Origin: Candidatus Neptunichlamydia sp.
GTDB lineage: Bacteria > Chlamydiota > Chlamydiia > Chlamydiales > Simkaniaceae
Direction: 5' to 3'
DNA: 64,000 nucleotides
Assembly (NCBI GenBank): GCA_965233865.1
Contig: OZ247587.1
Location: forward strand, 992,001-1,056,000
This document shows, one piece after another, positions 1 to 10,304 of this stretch. How positions within the stretch are numbered: the first letter of the stretch is position 1; the number at the start of each line of letters is the position of its first letter. A model generated the notes under the pieces. The model was not told the origin of the DNA. It saw only the letters and a program-made list of their open reading frames with translations, and ran no database searches. The position numbers were made by a program, and so were the translations under genes.

Positions 1-1
1 T

Positions 2-919
2 GTCCTCCTTCTTGGTCCAACGGGCTCAGGTAAAACTCTCATTGCCCGCACTCTTGCAGAGGTTCTCGACGTTCCCTTTGCTATTGCTGACGCAACAACC
101 CTTACCGAAGCTGGATACGTCGGGGAAGATGTTGAAAATATCATCCTCCGCCTTGTCCAAAATGCTGACTACGATATTGCAAAAGCTGAGCAGGGAATTA
201 TCTACATTGATGAAATCGATAAGATCCGGAAAACCTCAGGCAATGTCTCTATTACTCGAGACGTTTCAGGAGAAGGAGTACAACAGTCTCTTCTCAAAAT
301 TGTTGAAGGAACAGTCGCCAATGTCCCACCTAAAGGGGGACGCAAGCATCCGAACCAGGAGTATATCAAGATCAACACCCAAAACATCCTCTTTATTGTT
401 GGAGGAGCTTTTGTTAACCTCGATAAAATCGTAGCGAAGCGTTTAGGAAAGGGGGTCATTGGATTTGATACCGAACAGCAAAACCGTGCATTCGATGCGA
501 CAGAAACTAATTACCTCCTTTCAAAAGTTGAGACAGAAGACTTGATTGAATTTGGCCTAATCCCTGAGTTTGTAGGGCGCTTTAATAGCTTAGCAAACTG
601 TAATGAACTTACTTTAGACGATCTTGTAGAGATCCTTGTGAAACCTAAAAATGCGATTATTGGTCAATATCAGCGTCTTTTTTCTGAAGATAGCGTGGAC
701 CTCTCCTTTACAGAGGATGCGTTAAAGGCGATTGGTGCCAAGGCAAAGAAATCGGACACCGGCGCACGCGCTCTTCGAATGATTGTTGAGACTCTTTTAA
801 TGGGTTTGATGTATGAAATTCCTTCCGATCCCACCGTCAGACAGGTAACCATTGAAGAAGACTGTGTCACTAATGACAAACCACCTGTCATCAAACACGC
901 GAAAGAAGAAGCCAGTTAA
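2..919 (+). CDS. clpX: ATP-dependent Clp protease ATP-binding subunit ClpX (5'-truncated by window edge)
   Basis: Frame from base 2 reads [13 protein letters not shown] (Walker A), [32 protein letters not shown] loop; in frame with the 542-919 ORF (GARALR). Confidence 0.97.
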   Translation, partial: VLLLGPTGSGKTLIARTLAEVLDVPFAIADATTLTEAGYVGEDVENIILRLVQNADYDIAKAEQGIIYIDEIDKIRKTSGNVSITRDVSGEGVQQSLLKIVEGTVANVPPKGGRKHPNQEYIKINTQNILFIVGGAFVNLDKIVAKRLGKGVIGFDTEQQNRAFDATETNYLLSKVETEDLIEFGLIPEFVGRFNSLANCNELTLDDLVEILVKPKNAIIGQYQRLFSEDSVDLSFTEDALKAIGAKAKKSDTGARALRMIVETLLMGLMYEIPSDPTVRQVTIEEDCVTNDKPPVIKHAKEEAS

Positions 920-2898
920 GCTGCTGCTCCAACGCTCTCTGCTTTATAGGCGCTTCCTGCACTATAAGTTTTGACTCGGCCACTCGCTACAGCTGCTCGA
1001 TGATAATTTAGAGCTCCTTTAAGAACATCTTTTACAAGGTCTGAAGCTCCAGTATACCCCGCTAAGTCCCCATCTGTAGGCATTCCAGCAGAGGGTCTAA
1101 GAATTCTACTTAGTATGAGTCTCTCACCTTTAGGGTCTTTAAAAATTTCTCTACCAACGCTCTCATACTGAAGCTGACCTCGCACATCTCTTTCAACCTT
1201 ACTCTTTGAATCTGTCCTATAAAAGGTGCTTCGATTTAAGGCCTGGGTTGCTTCTAGAACCTCTAAGCGACGCGTAGCATGTGTATCACTTGGAGTATTG
1301 GGTGCAACTAGATAATGAACAAGTGCACCAACTTCAATCGCCTGCTGCTTATCCTGTTTTGTTGGCATGTGCTTTTTGCGACGGAAAAAACTTATATTCT
1401 CTCTTGAAACCATATCAACGTAATCACATGCAATTCTTTTTGAAAGCTCAAGACGTCGCCTATCTGTGACTGCTTTAGCTGCTGCAACATCATATTCAGA
1501 CTCTGGTCCTAAGGTAGCCAAATACTCATGTTCTGAAAGAGGAGCTAAAAGCTGTTCTCCTGTAAAAGCGAAAAAACCACCTATCAAAGTTGCGCTATCG
1601 CCGTCCCAACGCCTTTCCTGAAATTGATGAGATCTAATCATCTCCATCAAGGTAAAATGCATGACCGTGTCTTGTGAAGATTCGACCTCTTGCATCACTT
1701 GGGTGATTTCTTTGAGTTCACCCTCAATCCTTCTAATCGAGGCGACTAGCTCTTCAGTTTCTTCCTGTACTTGAAGTGCTTGCAGCTCCGCAAGTTTTTC
1801 ACTGCTCTTTGTAGATAATCCGCCTAAGATTGAACGTTTAAGGTGAGAGGTTTGCTCAATTTTATTAAGCGCTTCGGCTCCTTTTTGATTGACTTGATAC
1901 TCACCAAAGAATCTTCCCCCTCTTTTCTTTAAGAATCCAAAATGAGCCATTGTATTACCATACTTACCATGCTTAGAGCTAAGCTTTACTCTCTCATCTT
2001 GGACAGAAAAAGGACGATACAGCTCTAGGCCATTCGGATTTCCAGCATAATCATGCAAAAAACAATCTTTTGTTTTTCCAACTTCACGCTCGGTTAGGGT
2101 TTTAGTTTCTCTATTGATAGAAAGAAGCTTCGTGAAAACGCTGTCTACCATATCCTCATCGATATCATCAATATCCTGATCTTCTAAAAGACGCTCGATA
2201 TCAGCTTTGTTGGTAAGATCATACTTTACTGGAGGCTCTCCCGCTCTATTATAGACCTCAACAAAGTGCCATGTTATGCTATAGCTAATTGCTTTATTTG
2301 GCATTCCATCACGCCCACCTACACCAATTGCATGTTTAATTTTTGCGAATTGAATATCTACCTTGTGTTGACGACTCTCGTCAGGAACATCTTTGCCATC
2401 AACTTGTTTTTGCAAGTCAACGGAGCGATTAAATCCCTGCCCCTGCATAGCAGCAGTAGAAAAAACCATCTGCGCTTTGCCTTCACTGAGGTACCTTGCA
2501 ATATGTTCTTCATCAAATTCTGCGTCTGGCTGAGGAACTCGAACCAAGAGCATCCCATTTTCTGGAAATGCCTCGCCTTCATGTATATCATGAGCTTCAG
2601 TCTCTATAACAGCTGTCACCTGAGGGTTATGTGCTGTAAGAACGACTGTCGGTCCAATTTCTGCTGTGACCAGAGACTCTACTCCAGTATGCCCATCTCT
2701 ATCGCTTTCTACATTCTTCAGGCCGAGAGGGCTGGTTAGAGGGCGTGAAAGCACTTGGATACCAACTTGAGAAATATCCCTATCTAGCTCTAAATCAGTA
2801 GATTCAGATGACCATAACCTTTTTGCAGCGGCACCCACAACAGCACTTCCTACGCCTACAGCAAGCGGAGTAGCGTAATCAGAAACTAATGTAGCCAT
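916..2898 (-). CDS. Hypothetical ~660-aa protein with N-terminal hydrophobic patch and central coiled coil
   Basis: Long ORF; first ATG (MATLVSD) at 2898; no recognisable family motif. Confidence 0.75.
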   Translation of the reverse strand: MATLVSDYATPLAVGVGSAVVGAAAKRLWSSESTDLELDRDISQVGIQVLSRPLTSPLGLKNVESDRDGHTGVESLVTAEIGPTVVLTAHNPQVTAVIETEAHDIHEGEAFPENGMLLVRVPQPDAEFDEEHIARYLSEGKAQMVFSTAAMQGQGFNRSVDLQKQVDGKDVPDESRQHKVDIQFAKIKHAIGVGGRDGMPNKAISYSITWHFVEVYNRAGEPPVKYDLTNKADIERLLEDQDIDDIDEDMVDSVFTKLLSINRETKTLTEREVGKTKDCFLHDYAGNPNGLELYRPFSVQDERVKLSSKHGKYGNTMAHFGFLKKRGGRFFGEYQVNQKGAEALNKIEQTSHLKRSILGGLSTKSSEKLAELQALQVQEETEELVASIRRIEGELKEITQVMQEVESSQDTVMHFTLMEMIRSHQFQERRWDGDSATLIGGFFAFTGEQLLAPLSEHEYLATLGPESEYDVAAAKAVTDRRRLELSKRIACDYVDMVSRENISFFRRKKHMPTKQDKQQAIEVGALVHYLVAPNTPSDTHATRRLEVLEATQALNRSTFYRTDSKSKVERDVRGQLQYESVGREIFKDPKGERLILSRILRPSAGMPTDGDLAGYTGASDLVKDVLKGALNYHRAAVASGRVKTYSAGSAYKAESVGAAA

Positions 2899-3162
2899 TG
2901 TTGAAAACAATTTAAAAAACACCCTCTGTATTTTAATTAATTATATCATACCATCCATTTACTTTAAATAAGTTACTAATAACAAAAATAATAATAAATT
3001 AATAGATTGAATATCAAATAGTTAGAATATAAAGAGGTCGTATCGCTTAACTCTTTATCTGCCAGCCCTTTGATAGATTTATCAAGATTTCCTGAAAATC
3101 TTACCTACTCCATAGATCGAGATTTAAAAAATAAAATTGCACCTTCAAATAAGAATGAAAAA

Positions 3163-4926
3163 TTAAGAGATTCTTTTTTCAAGATTATCGAGTTCTTCGA
3201 GAATAACTCCGGGAAGATGTCCTCCAAAAATCTTGTAATATTCACGGAGTCCCTTCACCTCTTCCTTCCAAAGAGAAGGATCGACTTCGAAGAGCTCCTT
3301 TTGAGCATTGAAATCTTTAGGTAGTAGGCCAACAGGGCTATTAATTGCTTCTCCAGTTCCTTCACACCTCTCAAAGATCCACTTTAAAACATGGATATTC
3401 TCCCCAAACCCAGGCCATAGAAACTCTCCATTTGCCCCTTTCCGAAACCAATTTGCATGGTAGATTTTCGGAGCTTTGGATCCAAGAAGCTCTCCCATTT
3501 TAAGCCAATGGCCAAAATAATCTCCCATATTGTAGCCACAAAAAGGAAGCATCGCAAAAGGGTCGTGGCGAAGTGCCCCAATCTTTCCAGCCGCAGCGGC
3601 TGTCATTTCTGAAGAAAGAGTGGTTCCTAAAAACGTGCCGTGCTGCCAAGAGAGGCTTTCAATAACAAGAGGAACAACGCTTTCCCTTCGCCCCCCCAAA
3701 ATAATCCCAGAAATTGGGACACCTTTCACATCTTCGAAAGCAGTATCAATTACAGGACACTGCTTGATGGGAGCAGTAAATCGAGAGTTCGGGTGGGCTG
3801 CTGCTTCTTTTGAATCCAGCGTCCAATCCCTTCCCTTCCAATCGGTCAAATGAGCAGGAGGTATCTCACTCATTCCTTCCCACCACACGTCGCCATCATC
3901 AGTAAGGGCAACATTGGTAAAAATGGAGTTACTTTTCATCGATTCCATTGCATTCGGATTGGAATCGTAAGAAGTTCCCGGAGCAACACCAAAGAACCCA
4001 TTTTCAGGATTGATGGCATAAAGGCGTCCATCAGAGCCTATTTTCATCCAAGCAATGTCATCTCCAACACATTCAACCTTCCATCTAGGAAGAGAAGATT
4101 GCAGCATCGCCAAATTTGTTTTCCCACAAGCACTTGGGAAAGCCGCAACAAAAAAATGCTTCCTCCCTTCGGGATTTGTAACTCTGACAATGAGCATATG
4201 CTCTGCCATCCACTTCTCATTTAGCCCTTTTGCAGAAGCAATTCGAAGAGCTAAACACTTTTTGCCCAGTAGAGCATTGCCCCCATATCCACTTCCATAG
4301 GACCAGATCTCTCGCTCTTCGGGGAAGTGCACAATGTATTTGCTATCAGCTCTACAGGGCCAAAAAGAGTCTTTCTCTCCCTTTTTAAGCGGAACTCCCA
4401 CTGAATGAAGACACGGAACAAAATCACCATCGGCTTCTAAAACCTCAAGCGCTTTTTTTCCCATTCTCGTCATAATAAATGTATTTGCAACAACATAGGG
4501 ACTATCTGTGATCTGCACCCCTATTATAGAAAAAGACGAGCCAAATGGCCCCATGCTAAAAGGGATAACATACATTTTTCTTCCCTTCATGCAGCCTTTG
4601 AAAAGAGCAATTAGTATCTGCTTCATCTTCTTTGGCTCTTTCCAGTTGTTCGTCGGGCCCGCATCCTCCTTTCTAAGAGAACAAATGAATGTACGATCCT
4701 CTACACGTGCAACATCCTTTGGATCAGAGCGGCACCAGTATGATTTGGGACGCTTAGAAAGGGGAACAAATACCCCCGCATCCACAAGCATCTGACATAC
4801 CGCATCATGCTCATTCTGAGAGCCATCACACAGCTGAACACTGTCAGGCTGACAGAGCTTTTCCATATCTTTGATCCAAGCGGCTAACCGCGCATGATTC
4901 ATCTCCATATTTCCCCCATACCACAT
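3163..4926 (-). CDS. pckG: Phosphoenolpyruvate carboxykinase (GTP)
   Basis: [56 protein letters not shown] motifs. Confidence 0.97.
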   Translation of the reverse strand: MWYGGNMEMNHARLAAWIKDMEKLCQPDSVQLCDGSQNEHDAVCQMLVDAGVFVPLSKRPKSYWCRSDPKDVARVEDRTFICSLRKEDAGPTNNWKEPKKMKQILIALFKGCMKGRKMYVIPFSMGPFGSSFSIIGVQITDSPYVVANTFIMTRMGKKALEVLEADGDFVPCLHSVGVPLKKGEKDSFWPCRADSKYIVHFPEEREIWSYGSGYGGNALLGKKCLALRIASAKGLNEKWMAEHMLIVRVTNPEGRKHFFVAAFPSACGKTNLAMLQSSLPRWKVECVGDDIAWMKIGSDGRLYAINPENGFFGVAPGTSYDSNPNAMESMKSNSIFTNVALTDDGDVWWEGMSEIPPAHLTDWKGRDWTLDSKEAAAHPNSRFTAPIKQCPVIDTAFEDVKGVPISGIILGGRRESVVPLVIESLSWQHGTFLGTTLSSEMTAAAAGKIGALRHDPFAMLPFCGYNMGDYFGHWLKMGELLGSKAPKIYHANWFRKGANGEFLWPGFGENIHVLKWIFERCEGTGEAINSPVGLLPKDFNAQKELFEVDPSLWKEEVKGLREYYKIFGGHLPGVILEELDNLEKRIS

Positions 4927-5096
4927 AGGAAATACTAATCGAAGAAAAAACTACTTCAGTTTACGAAGTAATTGCTTCAAAAGTAATTTAACACTTATTA
5001 TTTCATTTCTAAAAAATAATAATCTAAGTGATTCAGAAGTTCTAGCTTCCCCACAAAAAGGCAAAATGATTTTATGGGAGGAACATAACTATCTAA

Positions 5097-5474
5097 TATA
5101 GCTAAAATATTTCGTTTTAGTTATACTTTTTTGAATGACGTATTCATTAGATTTTAGAAAAAAGGTACTGTTGATCCGAAGCACAGAAAATTTAAGTTTT
5201 GCCAAGACAGCAAAACGTTTTGGTGTAAGTGTAAATAGCATATTTCTTTGGTCTAAAAGGCTAGAAGCAAAGCGCACTAAAAATAGACCTGCAATAAAGA
5301 TTGAAAGAGATCGCTTGATGGAGGATATCAAAAAATACCCTGATGCCTTCAACTATGAACGAGCATATCGTCTCAATGTAAGCCCTTCAGGTGTTCGTTG
5401 TGCCATGAAGCGGCTAAGAATTAGCTATAAAAAAAACACTTAACCATCCCAAGGCTTGCAAAAAGAAGAGATCT
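5097..5474 (+). mobile_element. IS630-family element, left part (IRL plus orfA 5135-5443)
   Basis: Near-identical to 15818-16195; similarity ends after GAGATCT at ~5474. Confidence 0.9.
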
Positions 5475-5580
5475 TCTGACTACAGGTTCTGGAGAAAAAA
5501 AGAAGCTTTTCGTAAAGATCTTGTTGATTTTTGCAACAACGGAAAAGTCAATGAAGCTTTAATTCTTTGCTTTAAAGATT

Positions 5581-5808
5581 ATGCTAAAAATGGTCTCTAC
5601 AAACCCAAGTGTTACTGAAAGAAAGGAAGCTATAGACTACATCAATCAATACTCAGAGTTTGATTTACTGAAGCCTACGATATACGAAAGAAAGGTATAC
5701 CGCGATTGCATGAGCCAAGGAAAGGGAGTTCACGAACTTCAAAACAAAAAAGCATCCGAAGAAATGAACCAACTAATTGAGGGGTTGTTAAACGTATGCC
5801 CAAAGTAA
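5581..5808 (+). pseudogene. C-terminal fragment of a plasmid-type ParA ATPase
   Basis: IYERKVYRDCMSQGKGVHE...KASEEM resembles the ParA C-terminus; Walker A region absent. Confidence 0.7.
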
Positions 5809-6041
5809 GGCCAATCAACACAGATGTAAAAGACACAGATATCAAAAAATATGCAAGCCGTTGTAAGGATTTTGATATTGAAAAAGACACTGCAAAGAAA
5901 AATCAAGGTACCGCAAGAATATCTGTCAGTTTCTCCAACGATGAAATAGAAAATCTTAAGCATCTGTCAAACAAAGAAAACCGTAGTTTAAGTGCATTTA
6001 TTAGATTACATATCTTGAATGTTTTACATGATGTAAAGTGA
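5796..6041 (+). CDS. Ribbon-helix-helix (ParG/CopG-like) DNA-binding protein
   Basis: Charged N-tail then RISVSFS (strand), NDEIENLKHLS (helix), RSLSAFIR (helix); overlaps the ParA fragment stop. Confidence 0.7.
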   Translation: MPKVRPINTDVKDTDIKKYASRCKDFDIEKDTAKKNQGTARISVSFSNDEIENLKHLSNKENRSLSAFIRLHILNVLHDVK

Positions 6042-6124
6042 TGCATTGTGAATCACTATGATTCTTTATGATGCACAACGATTCACGACTCAAAGTGCTT
6101 CATAATGATGCAGACTAATGCACC
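6028..6124 (+). repeat. 10-bp phased degenerate repeat array (consensus RTGATKCA), centromere/operator-like
   Basis: ATGATGTAAA GTGATGCATT GTGAATCACT ATGATTCTTT ATGATGCACA ACGATTCACG, 7-nt gap, GTGCTTCATA ATGATGCAGA CTAATGCACC. Confidence 0.65.
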
Positions 6125-6234
6125 GTATAATCTCCAGACTCGAGCAAAAGAAAAACTCCACCAACTTGAAGCTAATGGGGTCAATCAAAATCAAGGGGAG
6201 TGTAAACGGTCATTAGGCCTCAACTCCTTTTGAG

Positions 6235-6514
6235 ATCCTATTTTATTTTTTCAGTCGCTTAATCTCTTCTTCTTCCCTTGCCTGCTTCTTAGTTTTAATC
6301 AATCGACTATGGGCATGCTTACTGAGCCATACTTTTAGCGTAGAAACACCTATACCCAGATCACTTGCTACTTCTTCTATCTTTAGCTACTCTTCTCTCA
6401 CTAACTTGACCGCATTTCATTTAAATTCATCATTGAATTTTTTCATTTGCTTTTACTCTTCTTTAAGTTCGAGAAGTCTATATCATAACTGTCCTATTTT
6501 TCGGGGGAAGATCA
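6235..6514 (-). mobile_element. IS3-family fragment (IRL plus inactivated orfA)
   Basis: Reverse complement closely matches 60764-61000 (TGATCTTCCCCCGAAAAA...); contains in-frame stops; left limit approximate. Confidence 0.85.
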
Positions 6515-6702
6515 AATCTATGCAAGAAAAGATCGAAGCTGCAGGCCACATCTTGGAATATCTTCCCCTATATTCCCCAGATTTAAATCCTATTGAGCAT
6601 AAATGGGCACAAGCAAAGTCTAAACGAAAAAAATATCAATGTGGAATAGATGAACTTTTTAAGGAATATTGCCTATAACTAAATTATATCAACTTAGCTA
6701 TA
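6515..6702 (+). mobile_element. IS630-family element, right part (orfB end plus IRR)
   Basis: YLPLYSPDLNPIEHKW; near-identical to ~16518-16705; ends TTAGCTATA. Confidence 0.9.
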
Positions 6703-6853
6703 CCAGAGGTTATAGACGGTAAACAACTGGCGCCAAGATGGGTAAGAAAAAGTTCCTAGATAAAAGCTCTAGATTTGCTCACAAACTTCGTAATCTTTCG
6801 TTTGCAAGCAAACCCACAGCTACCGATCAGCAATCCTTCACAAGCTCTACAAT

Positions 6854-8230
6854 CTACATAGCATAATTAAAGTCCGTAGTAATATCGAAGCAAACCCCAT
6901 TAGTAGCCGTAACTTCCCAGTGGGTATCGGTATTGTTTTCAATGATAGGAAGAGGGGATTGAAATATCAGGTTGTAAGAAATTTGATCATTAGGGGGAAT
7001 TCCATCAGGACTAGGATTTACATTAAACACTCCTAAATTATTATTATTAATATCTTTAGCTGAAAAAATCAGTGGCCCTGTTTCTCTAGAAGGGTCATTA
7101 TTTTTGATATCAAAGAAAATATTAGCCAAGAAAAGTGGCTCCTGAAAGCCATCCCAAAGAAGAATAGGGCCAAAAGCAGATCCGCTACAAGAAGACACAT
7201 CCTCTATAAGTTTTTTACAAATATTTTTTTCATCTGAAATAGCAAATATTTGAGGCATTTTAATAGAAGGCCCATGCATCCACATTTTAAGATAGTTTTT
7301 AGAAATTGAACAAGCAGGCCCCGAGTTTTTACTGTGACTAGGTCCTGTTTTTTTTACCCCAAATAAGTAACTTAACTTAACTCCTATATCATAAGAGCTT
7401 GCTAAACAATGCTTTCCTGATGTATACCCCCCAAATACCCCCGCTACTAAGCCTGGCGCCTTCTTCGAGTTCCAGTTAAATTCTCCGGAATAATTATTAA
7501 AAGGCTTACGGAACGATGCTTGGACTTTTAAGTCAAAATCCTCTGCAAAAGGATGAAGAAGAGAGATGCTTCCACCAAAACCACTTTTTGAAACTTGATA
7601 ACTATTTTTTATGTCATACTTCACATTGTCATAATTAACAGTTAACCCTAAAACGGTTTTAAATTTTTTAAATTGTAAGTCTGTGCCTCCACTACCTCCC
7701 CATATATTGGCTCCTGCAATTCTTCTATGGTTAGTACAGTTTTTATATAGACCTATATTTTTCTTAGCTAGATTTCTGCTCCATGAATATGAATAATATC
7801 CATCAAGTTGACAGGACTTAACAAATAAAGGAGTTGCATCTTTTTCGAATACATGCTTGAAACCAATCCCACCTGATGCTTGATGGATCCATTTTTTCTG
7901 AGAACCTGTGTAAAAATTGAATTTCAAATCTTGCATTAAATGCTCAGCATTGATTTTGACTCCAGTTCGTCCGTTGCTTCCTAAACAAAATCCTAAAGTA
8001 GTGCTGCTTCTCAATTGTTTTGGTCCAGCTTCAAACAACCCAGATACAATGCCTATATCAAAATCGTACCCTCCATTAACTTGAGCAGAAGGACCCAGGA
8101 AATTTCCATGAGAACCTTTAGATTTAATCTTTTCTTCAATTTTAATTTCAGAAAGAGTAATCGTTTCTGAAAACAGCTTTATGGAGATTAATAAGAAAAT
8201 CCCAATCTGACAAACGGTTCTTAATTTCAT
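6854..8230 (-). CDS. Exported protein with probable N-terminal beta-barrel (inverse-autotransporter-like) and C-terminal beta-rich domain
   Basis: Signal-peptide-like N-terminus; amphipathic G/Y/F-rich strands; AT-rich DNA. Fold is an inference. Confidence 0.5.
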   Translation of the reverse strand: MKLRTVCQIGIFLLISIKLFSETITLSEIKIEEKIKSKGSHGNFLGPSAQVNGGYDFDIGIVSGLFEAGPKQLRSSTTLGFCLGSNGRTGVKINAEHLMQDLKFNFYTGSQKKWIHQASGGIGFKHVFEKDATPLFVKSCQLDGYYSYSWSRNLAKKNIGLYKNCTNHRRIAGANIWGGSGGTDLQFKKFKTVLGLTVNYDNVKYDIKNSYQVSKSGFGGSISLLHPFAEDFDLKVQASFRKPFNNYSGEFNWNSKKAPGLVAGVFGGYTSGKHCLASSYDIGVKLSYLFGVKKTGPSHSKNSGPACSISKNYLKMWMHGPSIKMPQIFAISDEKNICKKLIEDVSSCSGSAFGPILLWDGFQEPLFLANIFFDIKNNDPSRETGPLIFSAKDINNNNLGVFNVNPSPDGIPPNDQISYNLIFQSPLPIIENNTDTHWEVTATNGVCFDITTDFNYAM

Positions 8231-8409
8231 TATTGCTTGTTACCTCTTGTGAAAATGTTTATCCTTCTAGATAAAGTTATACAAATTATTTTTCAATAAT
8301 TAATCACTTGCATGAAAAGAAAGTATCGTAACGAACAATGAGAAGCTCATTTTTAAAAAAAATAATTGCAGTAAGTATAGGTTGAAAGAAAATTTGAATC
8401 AATTCAAAC

Positions 8410-8444
8410 AAAAAAAAGGCCTTCAGAATTTAATCTGAAGGCCT
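8410..8444 (-). terminator. rRNA operon intrinsic terminator
   Basis: AGGCCTTCAGA/TCTGAAGGCCT stem followed by a T-run on the minus strand, just after 5S. Confidence 0.85.
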
Positions 8445-8453
8445 GAATGAAAA

Positions 8454-8569
8454 ACTTGGCGACGTCCTACTCTTCCGTACTCTAGTGCACAGTACCATCG
8501 GCGATGAAGAGCTTAACTGCTGAGTTCGGGATGGGATCAGGTGTGGCCTCTTCTCTAAGGTCACCAAGA
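8454..8569 (-). rRNA. rrf: 5S rRNA
   Basis: Complementary termini; antisense of CCTGATCCCATCCCGAACTCAG and GCCGATGGTACT. Confidence 0.95.
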
Positions 8570-8990
8570 TAAGACTAATCAAATGCTCAAAGCAAACTAA
8601 TTTTAAACAACGCTTGAGATGTATTCAATTTCCTCAAAGAGGAAAAAAAAAGATCAAGCCGATGGATGTATTAGTACTGGTTAGCTCAACGTATTACTAC
8701 GCTTACACACCCAGCCTATCAACCCTGTCGTCTTCAGGTCATCTCATAGGGATACTTTATCTTGAAGGAGGCTTGGCGTTTAGATGCTTTCAACGCTTAT
8801 CCTTTCCGAACTTAGCTACCCGGCGATGCCCTTGGCAGGACAACCGGAACACCATTGGTTCGTCCACTTCGGTCCTCTCGTACTAGAAGCAGCTCTTCTC
8901 AAGTATCCTACGCCCACAGCAGATAGGGACCAAACTGTCTCACGACGTTTTGAACCCAGCTCGCGTACCGCTTTAATTGGCGAACAGCCA

Positions 8991-9049
<59 letters not shown>

Positions 9050-9076
9050 GCCACGTCGATATGAACTCTTGGTGGC

Positions 9077-9113
<37 letters not shown>

Positions 9114-9560
9114 AAGCGACGGCGATTCCACTTTCCACCGCCGGATCACTAAACCCTACTTTCGTACCTGCTCGACTCGTCGGTCTCGCAGTCAACTTGT
9201 CTTATACTTTTGCGCTCTACTCGTGATTGCCAACCACGATGAGACAAGCTTTGGACTCCTCCGTTACTTTTTGGGAGGAAACCGCCCCAGTCAAACTGCC
9301 CGTCTGACAATGTTCGTTCCCCAGATTCATGGGGCAACGTTAGATTTTCGACATGTCAAGGCCGGTATTTCAAGGATGACTCCAGAAGCCCTAACGAGCC
9401 TCTTTCACCGTCTCCCGGCTATCCTACACATGACAAGTCAAAAGCCAATATCAGAGTACAGTAAAGGTTCACGGGGTCTTTCCGTCTAGCTGCGGGTAAA
9501 CGGCATCTTCACCGCTACTACAATTTCACCGAGTCTCTCGTTGAGACAGTGCCCAGATCG

Positions 9561-9607
<47 letters not shown>

Positions 9608-10304
9608 CGATTGGTCCCTTGCTATTTCTAACAGGGTCGGACTCTATCTTAGTTTGAAACCAACTCACGTTGGCAATGGAGACGATTCATTTGATTCTTA
9701 AGGTCTTGAATTTCTTCAATTCTTTCAGGGGTCAAATGGACTCCATTTTTCATCTTAAGCAGAATTTTTCTGAATTTTTGAAATTCCACACCTTTCTTTG
9801 TTTTAAGCTTGTGCTTTTCAAAGAATGGTATGATCCTTTCCGTTAAGTGTTCAAGGCCTTTCACTCTATAGGCCATTTGGTCGCCATGATTCTTGCGAAC
9901 CACTCCACAACCAAAATAAGCTTTTAAAGCGTAGAGAACTTGAACATCTCGCTTATGTTGAATAATGGCAAATTCAGGAAGTACTTGGTACTCTTGAGTC
10001 ATTTCCTTATGCCTATTTACAGACACATGAAAACAACCTTCACCGTCAACAAATCCAACAATCCATTGTGCTTCTAGGTCCATGTCAAACTCCAAACGTT
10101 TGGTCTCTGAGGATTTTAATCTCACAAAATAAGCCTGCTTGGTTATGTTTCCAAGTGCACTCACTTTGTTTCAACAATTAATCTTTCCTGCGGATTGCCT
10201 CCATGTCTCTAGGATTTTTACTGCTACACATAAGTGCAACGAGTACCTAAGAGTTTTAGAAGGTTTTCCCGCATATAGTTCGGTTTTACTAAGGCTAGCC
10301 ATTA
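9608..10304 (-). ncRNA. Group I intron at 23S position 1931 (E. coli numbering)
   Basis: Splits CCUAAGGU|AGCGAAAU; 5' exon ends in U, intron ends in G; IGS GCCUUAG pairs with exon CUAAGGU; P, Q, R, S elements and P3, P8, P9 (GAAA loop) are identifiable. Confidence 0.95.
9649..10083 (-). CDS. Single-motif LAGLIDADG homing endonuclease (144 aa) in intron loop L8
   Basis: WIVGFVDGEGCF motif, IIPFFEKHKL; ATG at 10083 preceded by GGAG. Confidence 0.93.
   Translation of the reverse strand: MDLEAQWIVGFVDGEGCFHVSVNRHKEMTQEYQVLPEFAIIQHKRDVQVLYALKAYFGCGVVRKNHGDQMAYRVKGLEHLTERIIPFFEKHKLKTKKGVEFQKFRKILLKMKNGVHLTPERIEEIQDLKNQMNRLHCQRELVSN

Noticed and set aside
12..459. ORFs 12-434 (+) and 202-459 (-)
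   Set aside because: Shadow frames of clpX
3070..3324. 84-aa plus-strand ORF
   Set aside because: Mostly antisense to pckG; no motif or RBS
6406..6678. 90-aa ORF, and the similar N-terminus of 60429-60872
   Set aside because: Chimeras of the antisense IS3 left end fused to IS630 or M23 fragments
10084..10164. N-terminal extension of the endonuclease in the ORF track
   Set aside because: Lies in ribozyme P6/P7/P3; the ATG with SD at 10083 fits better
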